Positions 1 through 10,084 of a DNA stretch of 64,000 nucleotides are shown here, piece by piece; positions within the stretch are counted from its first letter, which is position 1; each line of letters begins with the position of its first letter. The notes under the pieces are model-generated. The model saw nothing but the letters and a program-made list of their open reading frames with translations. It was not told where the DNA came from and searched no databases. Source of the stretch: an uncultured Bacillota bacterium (GTDB lineage: Bacteria; Sysuimicrobiota; Sysuimicrobiia; Sysuimicrobiales; Segetimicrobiaceae). The DNA is taken from positions 640,001 through 704,000 of the forward strand of contig CAWDRG010000017.1 of the NCBI GenBank assembly GCA_963804645.1, written 5' to 3'. The position numbers and the translations under genes were made by a program.

Positions 1-894
1 TCCGGCCGGCCGCTCGCCGTGCTGTTCAGCTACGGCTGCCACACGGTCGTGGTCGGACCGCGCTCGCCGGTGATCTCGCCCGACTTTCCCGGGGCCGCGC
101 GCGACGTCGTCGAGCGCGTCATGGGCGGCACCGCGATGTTCCTGCAGGCGTGCGGCGGAGACATCATGCCGGTCGGCGGCATGGGGTACGAGACCGACTG
201 CCGGGACGCGAAAAACCGGATCGGGACGATGCTGGCGGGCGACGTCGTGGCCGCCGGCGCCGGGCTGCGGACGCACCTCAAGCGCGGCGAGCGCACTTGG
301 CTCGGCTCGCTCCTCGGCAAGGGGATGACGCTCACTCCCTGGGTGCCGGTCGAGGGAGACTCGTGCTCGTATCTCGGGGCCGTCACCGAGACGGTGCGCC
401 TCAATCTGATCGACCTGCCGACGGTCGCCGAGGCCGAGGCGATCCGAACGGAGCGCCTCCGGGATCTGGCGGCCGCCCGCGCCGACGGTCAGGAGCGGAA
501 CATTCAAGTGGCGATGCGCATGGCCGTGTGGGCCGACAAGCTGGTCGAAGCGGCGGACGCGTACGCGCCGACCACGTGGGACTTCGTGCTTCAGGCGATC
601 CGGATCAACGATCTCGTGCTCCTCGGCATCAGCGCGGAGACGTTCGCGGCGACCGGGCTCGCGATCAAGGCCCGGTCGCCGTTTCCCCACACGCAGGTGC
701 TCGGCTATACGAACGGCGTGTCCTGCTACCTGCCCCCGGCCCACGACTACCCCGCGGGGGGCTGGTCCGTCCGCGGCCGCTATCAGATTCCGGATCTCGT
801 GTTTCAATCATACCTGCTGCCGACGGGCCTGCGGCCCGACTCCGAGCAGCGGGTGGTGGATCGGTCGCTCGCACTGATCCAGTTGCTGGCGTAG
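1..894 (+). CDS. Neutral/alkaline ceramidase-like amidohydrolase, 5'-partial
   Basis: Frame 1 is open from the window edge to TAG 892-894. Motifs SYGCHT, SPDFPG, FLQACGG, SAETF and GYTNG..YLP match the full-length paralog at 19621-21141. Confidence 0.75.
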   Translation, partial: SGRPLAVLFSYGCHTVVVGPRSPVISPDFPGAARDVVERVMGGTAMFLQACGGDIMPVGGMGYETDCRDAKNRIGTMLAGDVVAAGAGLRTHLKRGERTWLGSLLGKGMTLTPWVPVEGDSCSYLGAVTETVRLNLIDLPTVAEAEAIRTERLRDLAAARADGQERNIQVAMRMAVWADKLVEAADAYAPTTWDFVLQAIRINDLVLLGISAETFAATGLAIKARSPFPHTQVLGYTNGVSCYLPPAHDYPAGGWSVRGRYQIPDLVFQSYLLPTGLRPDSEQRVVDRSLALIQLLA

Positions 895-914
895 TCGGGC
901 GGCAGAGGACGCGC

Positions 915-2286
915 ATGCCTGAGCGGTGGCTGGACGAGTTCGCCGAGCGGCGGCCGAAGAGCCGGGCGCTGTACGCCGAGATCCGGCCGCGCGTCGCCGG
1001 CGGGGTCGGACACGATCTCCGCCACAGCCCGATCACGCCGATCTACATCGAGCACGCGCTCGGGGCGCGCAAGTGGGACATCGACGGCAACGAATACCTC
1101 GACTTCAGCATGGGCAACGCCGCCCTGCTCCTGGGACACGCCCACCCGGCGGTGCTCGCGGCGGTGCGTGACGCCCTCGAGCGCGGCACACACTTCGGGA
1201 ACGACCACCCGGCGATGCTCGAGTGGGCGCGGCTGATCCACACGCTCGTGCCGTCGGCCGAGCAGATCCGCTTCGTGAACTCCGGCACCGAGGGCTCGAT
1301 GCTCGCCCTGCGCCTCGCCCGCGCGGCGACCCGCCGGACGAAGCTGCTGCGGTTCGAAGGGCACTTCAGCGGCTGGCACGACTACGTCGGGAAGGGCGTC
1401 ACGCCCCCGTTCGACGCCGCGTACTCGATCGGGATCCCGCAGGCGATCCTGGACACGATCGTGATCGTCCCCGCCGATCTCGACGCCGTCGAGGCGACGC
1501 TCGCGCGGGACCGCGACATCGCGGCGATCATGTTGGAGCCGAACGGCGGGTCGTGGGGCACGATCCCGCTCTCAATCGAGTTCAACCGCGCGCTGCGCGA
1601 CCTCGCGAGCCGGTACGAGGTACCGCTCATCTACGACGAGGTGATCACGGGGTTTCGATACAGCCCCGGCGGCTACCAGCGCCTCGCCGGGGTGCGCGCG
1701 GACCTCACGGTGTTCGGCAAAGTCATGGCCGGGGGGCTGCCCGGCGGGGCCGTGGGCGGCCGCGCGGATTTGATGCGCCAGTTCGAGTACACGGGCGACC
1801 CGCAGCGCGACCGCCACGCCCGCGTCGCCCACCAGGGCACGTTCAACGCGAACCCGCTGTCGGCCGCGGCGGGAATCGCGACCCTGCGGTTCGCCGTGGA
1901 CGGACGCGCGCAGGCGCACGCCGATCGGATGGCCGGGCTGCTGCGCGCGGGCATGGAGGCGATCCTCGACGAGATCGGCGCCGCGGCGTTCGCCTACGGC
2001 GACTCCTCGGTGTTTCACGTCTACCTGCACACGCCGTCGGGGCGCTCCGCCAAGAGCCGCGACGCGATCCGCACGCACGATCCGGCGACGCTCAAGGGCA
2101 TCCCGCCCCGCGTCGTAACCGCGTTTCAGAAGAATCTACAGAACCGCGGGGTCGACCTGCTGTCGTACACCGGCGGGGTGACCTCGGCCGCGCACACCGA
2201 GGCGGACATCGCGCAGGCCCTCGGGGCGTTTCGCGAAACGATGCGGATCTTCAGTCACCGAGAAACTCGTCGGCCGCGTCTCGTAG
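915..2286 (+). CDS. Class III PLP aminotransferase, glutamate-1-semialdehyde aminomutase-like; probable +1 frameshift near 2250
   Basis: ATG 915 follows a GAGGA RBS. Motifs WDIDGNEYLD, FVNSGTE, FEGHFSG, LIYDEVITGFR, FGK (PLP lysine) and GTFNANP. As read, the ORF runs to 2570 with a low-complexity tail; removing one base near 2250 gives a normal end, ILVTEKLVGRVS-TAG (2284-2286). Confidence 0.85.
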
Positions 2287-2787
2287 ACGCGCCGGGGGAT
2301 CGCGGTCAACGCACCCGCCCCCGAGGGCGAGCGCGATCAACTGCTCGAGGACATTCAGTACGACCAAGTGGCGCCTGGGCGTCGGGTGCTCCCTCCTACA
2401 CTGAGATCGTGGCCGGGTCAATCATCTCTTACACTCGACGCGGCCGCGCTCGCGCGATACACGCCGCGGATCGGGGCGGGTCGCGCAGAGCGCACCATCA
2501 TGGAATCGCAGACCCCGTTCGAGGACTTCTTCCGCGTCCTCCGTGCCCCGCTCGCGACGGCGGCGAATGATGGCTCGCGACGCCACGCCCGGGCACGCGC
2601 GCCCGAGCGTCGGCGGGTGCCGTGCTCGACGGGAGATCCGCGCTCCATCGGCGGGCGCCGGGGCAAGCAGGCAATTGCCGCTCACGGTGCGAACGTACCC
2701 CCATCGGTGGCGTGCGCGGCGGCGCCGCTGGACGGACGACGACTCCGCACATCTCACCGATCAGTTGACCCCTGGAGGTGCTTGGCC

Positions 2788-4290
2788 ATGGCGATCGCAA
2801 AACAGCCCGCGGGCTCGGACACCCATCCGCCGTTCCTTGACGGCGGGGTGAAGCGCATGTTGATCGACGGCCGCTGGGTGGAGGCCGCCTCCGGCAAGAC
2901 GTTCTCGACCGTGAACCCCGCCACCGGCCAGGAGCTCGCCCGCGTCGCCGAAGGCGACCGCGAGGACATCGACCGCGCCGTCGCGGCGGCGCGGCGCGCA
3001 TTCGAGGGGCCGTGGCGCAAGACGAAGCCGTTCGAGCGGCAGCTCCTGCTCCTCAAGCTGGCGGACCTGGTCGACAGTCACCTCGAGGAGCTCGCGCTGC
3101 TCGACACGCTCGACATGGGCGCGCCGCTCAGCCGCACCCGCGCGATGCGGCTCCGGGCGGTCGGGATGCTGCGGTACTACGCCGGCATGGCGACCGCGAT
3201 CCACGGTGAGACGATCGAGAACTCGCTCCCCGGCGAGTACGTAACGTTCACGCTGAAAGAACCGGTGGGCGTCGTCGGGGCCATCATTCCCTGGAACTCG
3301 CCGACGACGGCCACGCTGTGGAAGATCGGGCCGGCGCTCGCAACCGGGTGCACCGTGGTGCTGAAGCCCGCCGAAGAGGCACCGCTCAGCTCGCTCCGGA
3401 TTGGGGAGCTCCTGCTTGAAGCCGGGGTGCCCGCGGGCGTGGCCAACATCGTCCCGGGATACGGCGAGACCGCGGGCGCGGCGCTCGCCGCCCACCCGGA
3501 CGTCGACAAGGTCGCCTTCACCGGCTCGCACCTCACCGGCCAGAAGATCGTCCAGGCGTCGGCCGGCAACCTCAAGCGCGTCTCCCTCGAGCTCGGCGGC
3601 AAGTCGCCGGACGTGGTGTTCGCCGACTGCGACCTCGAGACGTCGGTCCCGGGCGCCGCGATGGCGGTGTTCAGCAACTCGGGACAGATCTGCAGCGCCG
3701 GCACGCGGCTGTTCGTGGAGCAGCGGATCTACGACGAGTTCGTCGGACGGGTGGCGGAGTTCGGCCGCGGCCTCAAAGTCGGACCCGGCATCAACCCGGA
3801 CGTGCAGATCGGCCCGCTCGTCTCGGAGGCGCAGCTCGAGCGCGTCACGGGCTACCTCGAAACGGGCAAGCGGGAGGGCGCGCGGCCGGTCTCCGGCGGC
3901 GAGCGGTACCGGGAAGGCGAGCTGGCGAAGGGCTACTTCGTGCCGCCGACCGTGTTCGCCGACGTGCGCGACGACATGAAGATCGCGCGGGAGGAGATCT
4001 TCGGCCCGGTGATCTCGGCGATTCCGTTCCGGGACGTCGACGAAATCCTCCGCCGCGCGAACGCCACCCCGTTCGGGCTCGGCAGCGGCGTGTGGACGCA
4101 GGACCTCGCAAAGGCGCACCGCCTCGCGCGGGGCATCCGGGCGGGCTCCGTCTGGGTGAACTGCTACCAGGCCATGGATCCGGCGGTCCCGTTCGGCGGC
4201 TATAAGATGAGCGGCTACGGGCGGGAGTCTGGCCTCCAGCATCTCGAGGAATACCTCAACGTCAAGGCGGTCTGGATCAAGACCGGATAG
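2788..4290 (+). CDS. NAD(P)+-dependent aldehyde dehydrogenase
   Basis: GGAGG RBS then ATG 2788. Motifs IIPWN, LKPAE, FTGS, LELGGKSP, GQICSAG (catalytic Cys), EEIFGPV and PFGGYKMSG. Confidence 0.95.
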   Translation: MAIAKQPAGSDTHPPFLDGGVKRMLIDGRWVEAASGKTFSTVNPATGQELARVAEGDREDIDRAVAAARRAFEGPWRKTKPFERQLLLLKLADLVDSHLEELALLDTLDMGAPLSRTRAMRLRAVGMLRYYAGMATAIHGETIENSLPGEYVTFTLKEPVGVVGAIIPWNSPTTATLWKIGPALATGCTVVLKPAEEAPLSSLRIGELLLEAGVPAGVANIVPGYGETAGAALAAHPDVDKVAFTGSHLTGQKIVQASAGNLKRVSLELGGKSPDVVFADCDLETSVPGAAMAVFSNSGQICSAGTRLFVEQRIYDEFVGRVAEFGRGLKVGPGINPDVQIGPLVSEAQLERVTGYLETGKREGARPVSGGERYREGELAKGYFVPPTVFADVRDDMKIAREEIFGPVISAIPFRDVDEILRRANATPFGLGSGVWTQDLAKAHRLARGIRAGSVWVNCYQAMDPAVPFGGYKMSGYGRESGLQHLEEYLNVKAVWIKTG

Positions 4291-4343
4291 GCCGGCTCCG
4301 CCGCGAGGCGGGGACGAGCGCAGCTACGAGGAGGACACCGGCG

Positions 4344-5714
4344 ATGAAAGAACTCGCGCGCCACATCATGGTCGATTTCATGCCGATGAAGACCTTCGCG
4401 GAGGACCCGCTGATCCTCACCGAGGGCCGGGGCATCTACGTCACGGACGTCGACGGCAAGCGGTACATCGACGGCCTGTCCGGGACGTTCTGCATGAACC
4501 TCGGGCACGGCAATCGCGCGGTCGTCGAGGCCGCGACCCGCCAGATGGAACGCCTCGCGCTGGCGTGCCCCACGTTGGGGACCAGCGACCGGGCCCTCGA
4601 GCTCACCGCGAAGCTGCTGGAGATCACCCCGCCGCAGTACACGACCGTGAAGCTCCTCTCGGGCGGATCGGAAGCGACGGAGTCGGCGATCAAGATGGCC
4701 CGCCAGTACCACAAACAGACCGGCGCGGCCACGAAGTACAAGGTGCTCTCGCACTACCGCGGGTACCACGGCGCCACCGGGCACGCGATCGCGGCCGGCG
4801 GCTGGCCAGGCTGGCGGGCGCCGTACGAGCCGCTGGCGGGCGGGTTCATCCACCTGCACACGCCGGATCTCTACACTCCGCTGGTCCCCGGAAATGCGGA
4901 CACGCTGGGGGCGACGTACGCGAGGCTCGTGGAGGAGGTCATCCAGTTGGAGGCCCCCGAGACGATCGCGGCGTTCATCACCGAGCCGATCATGCTCTCC
5001 GCCGGGGTCGTGGTGCCCCCGCGAGACTACCTGCCGCGGATCCGCGACCTGTGCGACCGGTACAACATCGTGCTCATCTACGACGAGATCATCACCGGCG
5101 TCGGCCGCACGGGCCGCCTGTTCGCCGCCGAGCACTGGAACGCGTGGCCGGACATCCTCTGCCTCGGCAAGGGGATGAGCGGTGGCTACGCGCCTCTGTC
5201 CGCCACCGTGCTGACGGACCGGATCGCCCGCGCGTTCTGGGGAGACGCGGCCGACGGGGTGCAGTTCCACGCCGGCCACACGTACGGCGGGAACCCGGTC
5301 GCCTGCGCCGTCGGGCTCGCGGCCATCCGAGAGGTCGAGGAGCAGCGGCTGATCGAGAACGCACGCGAGCGCGGCAGCCAGGTCAAAGCGGGGCTCGCCG
5401 ACCTCCAGCGGCGCTACCCGGCGATCGGCGACATCCGGGGAGAGGGCCTCCTCGTCGCCGCCGAGCTCGTCAAAGACCCCGCCACGCGCGAGCGGTTTCC
5501 GGCGGCATTCAACGCCGGCATCCGCGTCCGCGACGCGGCCCGCCGGCGCGGACTGCTGCTGCGCGCGGCCCCGTCGATGGTGGTGTTCGCGCCGCCGCTC
5601 ACGACGACCGGGCGGGAGATCGACGAGATCCTGGGCATCTTCGAGGACGCGCTCGCCGAGGTGCTCCCGCCGTCGGAGGGCGCACGCGCGCTGGCGGCCA
5701 GGGCGCGCGCGTAG
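4344..5714 (+). CDS. Class III aminotransferase (omega-amino acid/diamine transaminase-like)
   Basis: GAGGAGG RBS. Motifs DVDGKRYID, GGSEATE, GYHG, IYDEIITGVGRTG, LGKG and HTYGGNP. Confidence 0.92.
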   Translation: MKELARHIMVDFMPMKTFAEDPLILTEGRGIYVTDVDGKRYIDGLSGTFCMNLGHGNRAVVEAATRQMERLALACPTLGTSDRALELTAKLLEITPPQYTTVKLLSGGSEATESAIKMARQYHKQTGAATKYKVLSHYRGYHGATGHAIAAGGWPGWRAPYEPLAGGFIHLHTPDLYTPLVPGNADTLGATYARLVEEVIQLEAPETIAAFITEPIMLSAGVVVPPRDYLPRIRDLCDRYNIVLIYDEIITGVGRTGRLFAAEHWNAWPDILCLGKGMSGGYAPLSATVLTDRIARAFWGDAADGVQFHAGHTYGGNPVACAVGLAAIREVEEQRLIENARERGSQVKAGLADLQRRYPAIGDIRGEGLLVAAELVKDPATRERFPAAFNAGIRVRDAARRRGLLLRAAPSMVVFAPPLTTTGREIDEILGIFEDALAEVLPPSEGARALAARARA

Positions 5715-5730
5715 TGCGCACAGGGCGGGC

Positions 5731-6702
5731 GTGAGGGCGGTCCGCGTCGCCGCGTTCGGCGACGCCGACGTGCTGCACGTCGAGGACGTGCCGCGTCCCG
5801 AACCGCAGCCCGGCGAAGCGCTCGTCCGGATCAAGGCGGCCGGCGTCAACTTCTCGGACATCGGCATGCGGACCGGCCGCGGCGCGCACCCGCTGCCCTA
5901 CACCCCGGGGCTCGAAGCCGCGGGGACCGTTGACGCGGTGGGATCGGGTGTGCGTGACGTGCAGCCCGGCGACCGGGTCGTCTACCTCAGCCGCCTCGGC
6001 TCCTACGCGGAGTTCAATACCGTGCCGGCGGCCGAGTTGATCCCGCTCCCGGCGCGCATCAGCTTCGCGCAGGGCGCCGCCGGGACGCTGCAGGGCGTGA
6101 CCGCGCAGACCCTGGTTCACGAGTACTACAACGTCGTCCCCGGCATGACCGTGCTCGTGCACGCGGCCGCCGGCGGCCTCGGCCTGCTGCTGGTGCAGTG
6201 GTTCAAGCACCTGGGGGCCGTGGTGATCGGGACGGTGTCGACGGCCGACAAGGCCGCGGCCGCGCGTGAGGCCGGCGCGGATCACGTGATCCTCTACACC
6301 GAGCAGGACTTCGCGGCCGAGACCCAGCGCCTCACCGGCGGCCGGGGGGCCGATTATGTCGTCGACGGGGTCGGGCGCACGACGTTCTTGAAAGACTTGG
6401 ACGCGGTGCGGATGCGGGGCCACATCTGCCTGTACGGACAAGCCAGCGGGCCCGCGGAGCCGCTGGCCCCCGCCGCGTTGATGGGCAAGTCGATCACCCT
6501 CAGCGGCGGCAACATGTCGAACTACGTCAAAAGCCGCGAGGCGCTGCTTGAGCGCGCGGCCGCGGTGTTTGACGGAATCCAGCAGGGATGGCTGCGGGTG
6601 CGCATCGATCACACGCTGCCGCTCGCCGAGGCCGCCGAAGCCCAGCGCCGTCTGGAGCATCGCGGCACGATCGGCAAGGTTGTGCTGGCCGTGGACGCCT
6701 AG
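5731..6702 (+). CDS. NADPH:quinone oxidoreductase (zinc-independent MDR, Qor-like)
   Basis: GTG start. Motifs AAGVNFSD, PGLEAAG, HAAAGGLG, YGQASG and terminal GKVVL. Confidence 0.92.
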   Translation: MRAVRVAAFGDADVLHVEDVPRPEPQPGEALVRIKAAGVNFSDIGMRTGRGAHPLPYTPGLEAAGTVDAVGSGVRDVQPGDRVVYLSRLGSYAEFNTVPAAELIPLPARISFAQGAAGTLQGVTAQTLVHEYYNVVPGMTVLVHAAAGGLGLLLVQWFKHLGAVVIGTVSTADKAAAAREAGADHVILYTEQDFAAETQRLTGGRGADYVVDGVGRTTFLKDLDAVRMRGHICLYGQASGPAEPLAPAALMGKSITLSGGNMSNYVKSREALLERAAAVFDGIQQGWLRVRIDHTLPLAEAAEAQRRLEHRGTIGKVVLAVDA

Positions 6703-6799
6703 CCGGACCGGGTGCCAGCCGCCGCCTGGAAGACGCCCGACGACGTATCGATCACACCGCGATCGGACGTGCTAGAGCCTCAGCGTCGAGGAGGAACCA

Positions 6800-6954
6800 G
6801 TGGGCCTGTCGGGATCCACCTACCTCTACGCCCTTGCCACGATCTCCGTCACGTTCGTCGGCTTCTCCGCGCTCCTCTTGGTCTTCCGCCAAGCGACCGC
6901 CGGTCCCATGGCGGCATACGAGAGCTATTTCATGCTCACGTTTATCCAACCTGG
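6800..6954 (+). pseudogene. N-terminal fragment of an integral membrane protein, truncated at an IS remnant
   Basis: GAGGAGGA RBS and GTG 6800. A hydrophobic helix (YLYALATISVTFVGFSALLLVF) is followed by an abrupt change to transposase sequence at about 6950. Confidence 0.6.
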
Positions 6955-7400
6955 GGAACCTCTGGCGGCGGCTCGGGCTGCCGAAGCGGATCGACAGCTG
7001 GTCGTTGACGAGTCTGCAGCAGCGGCTGATGAAGACGGGTGGCCGGCTCGTGAAACACGCCCGATACTACTGGCTGATGCTGGCGGAAAGGCACCTCATG
7101 CGACGACTGTTCGGGGCGATCGTGCAGCGGCTTACGACACTGTCGGTGCCGGCGGGATAGCAGCGCCTTTGTTGCGACCAGTCGAACGGCCAGGACCGGA
7201 GGTGGGAGTGGTGTCCGAGAAATCGGCCGTCAGTGCGGCTGTGCCGAGTCTTGAGGGTCTCAGGATGGCACAAACCGGCTTTCGTGGGGCCGCCGGAGAG
7301 GGCTCCGGTGGCAAAGAACGAACAGGGTTCCACCGAGGAAGGAATGCAAGTGCCAAGTGGAAATCCCAGCTAAGCTATATCACGGTCGCGGAGCGCAGCG
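6947..7400 (+). mobile_element. IS1380-family remnant: transposase C-terminus (6948-7160) plus 3' non-coding arm
   Basis: Translation NLGNLWRRLGLPKRIDSWSLTSLQQRLMKTGGRLVKHARYYWLMLAE...PAG* resembles the C-terminus of IS1380-family transposases as I recall them. There is no start or DDE core, and the segment is visibly lower in GC. The right boundary is approximate. Confidence 0.75.
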
Positions 7401-7407
7401 CCCGCCG

Positions 7408-8208
7408 ATGACGGACCCCTTTGCGGCGATGAAAGCCGCACAAAAACACGGGTGGGCGTATTTTGCACCCGTCGAGACCTTCACGATCGCGCCCGCAGGA
7501 CAACTCGTGCGCCGGGCCGGCGTGCACGCCGGACAGCACGTGCTCGACGTCGCCTGCGGGACCGGCGTCGTTTCCGTAACCGCGGCACGAAGAGGAGCGC
7601 GGGTAAGCGGGCTGGACTTTGCGCCCGATCTTCTCGCCCGTGCAAGGCAGAACTCAGAGCTGGCTGGACTCGACATCGAGTGGATCGAGGGCGACGCGGA
7701 GCAATTGCCGTTTCCGGACGCCACGTTCGACGCAGTGCTCAGTCAGTTCGGGCACATCTTCGCGCCGCGCGCTGAGGTCACGCTATCGGAAATGCTGCGC
7801 GTCCTCAAACCGGGCGGGACGATTGCGTTCTCAACGTGGCCGCCGGAACTCTACACCGGCTCGCTTTTTGATGTGGCCGGCCGGTACATGCCGCCGCCAC
7901 CACCGGGAATGTCGCCGCCCACGCTCTGGGGTGATCCGAACGTCGTCCGCCAGCGTCTTGGTTCCACCGTGAAAGATCTGGTCTTCGATCGCCAGGACAC
8001 GCTGACGCCGGCGCTTAGCCCGCAGCATTATCGACTCTTCTTGGAACGCACGATTGGACCGTTGAAGATGCTCGTCGAGTCGCTGAGCACCAGCGATCCC
8101 GCAAAACTCGCCGCACTACGCCGCGAGCTCGATGTGCTGGTTGTTCCCTACTTTGAGGACAACATCGTCAAACAAGGCTATCTGATCACCCGCGCAACTA
8201 AAGTGTAA
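7408..8208 (+). CDS. Class I SAM-dependent methyltransferase (UbiE/Methyltransf_11-like)
   Basis: Motif I VLDVACGTG, GLDF, GDAEQLPFPDATFD and LRVLKPGG. Codon usage is more AT-rich than in flanking genes. Confidence 0.9.
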   Translation: MTDPFAAMKAAQKHGWAYFAPVETFTIAPAGQLVRRAGVHAGQHVLDVACGTGVVSVTAARRGARVSGLDFAPDLLARARQNSELAGLDIEWIEGDAEQLPFPDATFDAVLSQFGHIFAPRAEVTLSEMLRVLKPGGTIAFSTWPPELYTGSLFDVAGRYMPPPPPGMSPPTLWGDPNVVRQRLGSTVKDLVFDRQDTLTPALSPQHYRLFLERTIGPLKMLVESLSTSDPAKLAALRRELDVLVVPYFEDNIVKQGYLITRATKV

Positions 8209-8324
8209 ATATTCGATGGGGTGTTCTCAGCAATTCAGAAATGCGCCTTAAGAGGAGTGCGCCCTGACGGCGGATGCTATCCGATATTCACCAGTCTCGG
8301 CAGCCGCTTGCGCAAACCTTCCGG

Positions 8325-8484
8325 GTCGACGCGCTCGGTTGGCTCGGGGGGCCCCGGCATCGCCCCCTATGCCACGGCGACGTCCGGGTTTCTCTTCGTG
8401 GCGGGGATCGCCTACGTGTTGGAACTCACCAGCGCGCTGCGGCAGCCGCCCACCCCGGGGCGCCGCCGACGAACATCAGGGTGA
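8325..8484 (+). pseudogene. C-terminal fragment of a membrane protein, likely the remainder of the gene starting at 6800
   Basis: DALGWLGG, then a frameshift in the GGGGGGCCCC run, then PGIAPYATATSGFLFVAGIAYVLELTSAL. This is a hydrophobic helix with no own start or RBS, and GC returns to host level here. Confidence 0.45.
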
Positions 8485-8502
8485 GTTCGGGGGCGCTCGC
8501 GG

Positions 8503-9930
8503 CTACCGGCGTCGCGCGCCGCGCAGCGGCGCCGGCACGACGCCGTCCGGGATCGGACAGACATATCCCGCCGCGCCAACGCGCTCCCGTAGCTCGGCCT
8601 TGGCGCGCACCAGGAGCGCCGGATCCTGAATCAGGTCGAGCGCGGTCGCGGCCATCACCTTGGCCGCGTGCACCATGCCTTTGTGCGCCGCCCCCGACTT
8701 GCCCTGCGCCACCACCTGCCAGGAGTGCCCGGGGGTGCCGACCGCCCAGCAGGCGTCCCAGAGCTGCGCCGTCGGCACGATCCAGCTGACGTCGCCCACG
8801 TCGGTGGAGCCGCTCAGCGGGCGCGGCGTACCGTCGAACGGGAGGGGCTCGCCGTAGAGCGCGTGCGCGGCCGCCTGGGGCGCGCCGTGCCGCTCGACGT
8901 TGGCGGCGATGTCGTCGGGCGTCAGCGTCTCCCTCAGCCGCTCGGCGAACGCGACGTCTTGGGCGTCGAACGGGACCTTGCCGATGCGGGTCAGGTTCTT
9001 GGCCATGGCCGTCTCAAGCGTGTTGTTGGGCACGATGTTCGAGCAGGCCTTGTCGACCTCGACCTCCACCTCGGTCTCGGTCATGAGCGCGGCGCCCTCC
9101 CCGATCTTGCGCACCCGCTCGAACAGCGCCCGCGCCTGGGCGACCTCGGCGGCACGGATCAGGTACAGCACCTCGGCCCGCGGCTGCACGACGTTCGGGG
9201 AGACGCCGCCCGCGTCGGTGATCGCGTAGTGCACGCGCGCGGTGGTGGGCATGTGCTCGCGGAGAAAATTCACGCCGATGTTCATGAGCTCGACGGCGTC
9301 GAGGGCGCTGCGGCCCAAGTGCGGCGCGCCGGCCGCGTGGGCGGCACGCCCCGAGAAGCGCCAGTAGACTTGGAGGTTGGCGAGCGAGCTGCCCGACATC
9401 ACCTCCGCGAACGAGCTCGGATGCCAGGAAATCGCAGCGTCGAGGTCGTCGAAGGCGCCGGCGCGGGCCATGAACGTCTTGCCGGATCCCCCCTCTTCGC
9501 CCGGGCAGCCGTAGAACCGGATCGTGGCCTGGACGCCGTGGTCCCGGAGCGCATCGCGCAGCGCCACCGCGGCGAGCGCGGCCCCCGCGCCCAGGAGATT
9601 ATGCCCGCAGCCGTGACCGTTGGCGCCGGGCGTCGCGGTGCTCGGATCTGCGACGCCGGCGTCCTGACTGAGGCCCGCCAGCGCGTCGTACTCGCCGAGG
9701 AACCCGATCACCGGCCCCCCGCTTCCGGCCTCCGCGACGAACGCGGTCTCGATCCCGGCGACGTTCCGGATAATCCGGAAATCCTCCATCCCGAGGCTGT
9801 TCAGGTGCGCGGCGACGGACTTGTGCTCCTTGAATCGAATCTCAGCGAGACCCCAGACCTGATCCGCGAGGGCCAAGTACGTGTCACGTTTCGCGTCCAC
9901 CTGCTTCACGATCTCGTCGAGCTCGATCAC
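8503..9930 (-). CDS. M20D amidohydrolase (AbgB/aminobenzoyl-glutamate hydrolase-like)
   Basis: Motifs GEYDAL, GHGCGHN, PGEEG, SWHP, GSTDVGDVSW and PGHSW. GGAGG RBS before GTG. Confidence 0.9.
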   Translation of the reverse strand: MIELDEIVKQVDAKRDTYLALADQVWGLAEIRFKEHKSVAAHLNSLGMEDFRIIRNVAGIETAFVAEAGSGGPVIGFLGEYDALAGLSQDAGVADPSTATPGANGHGCGHNLLGAGAALAAVALRDALRDHGVQATIRFYGCPGEEGGSGKTFMARAGAFDDLDAAISWHPSSFAEVMSGSSLANLQVYWRFSGRAAHAAGAPHLGRSALDAVELMNIGVNFLREHMPTTARVHYAITDAGGVSPNVVQPRAEVLYLIRAAEVAQARALFERVRKIGEGAALMTETEVEVEVDKACSNIVPNNTLETAMAKNLTRIGKVPFDAQDVAFAERLRETLTPDDIAANVERHGAPQAAAHALYGEPLPFDGTPRPLSGSTDVGDVSWIVPTAQLWDACWAVGTPGHSWQVVAQGKSGAAHKGMVHAAKVMAATALDLIQDPALLVRAKAELRERVGAAGYVCPIPDGVVPAPLRGARRR

Positions 9931-10084
9931 CTGGATGCTCCTCCCTCACCGGCCAGCATTCGCTCCCGCGCGTGCCCAGGGCGACGGGGCCACTGCACCT
10001 ACCCGTGTTATTGGCGTCCCAGCGGCGCGCACCCTCTCGTCGGCACCCGCGGGACTGCGGCGCGAGGCGAGACAGGGTGCGCGA

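Noticed and set aside
915..2570. Housekeeping hemL, or a genuine C-terminal extension to 2570
   Set aside because: The context is catabolic with no hem genes. The tail is low-complexity and disappears with a one-base correction near 2250.
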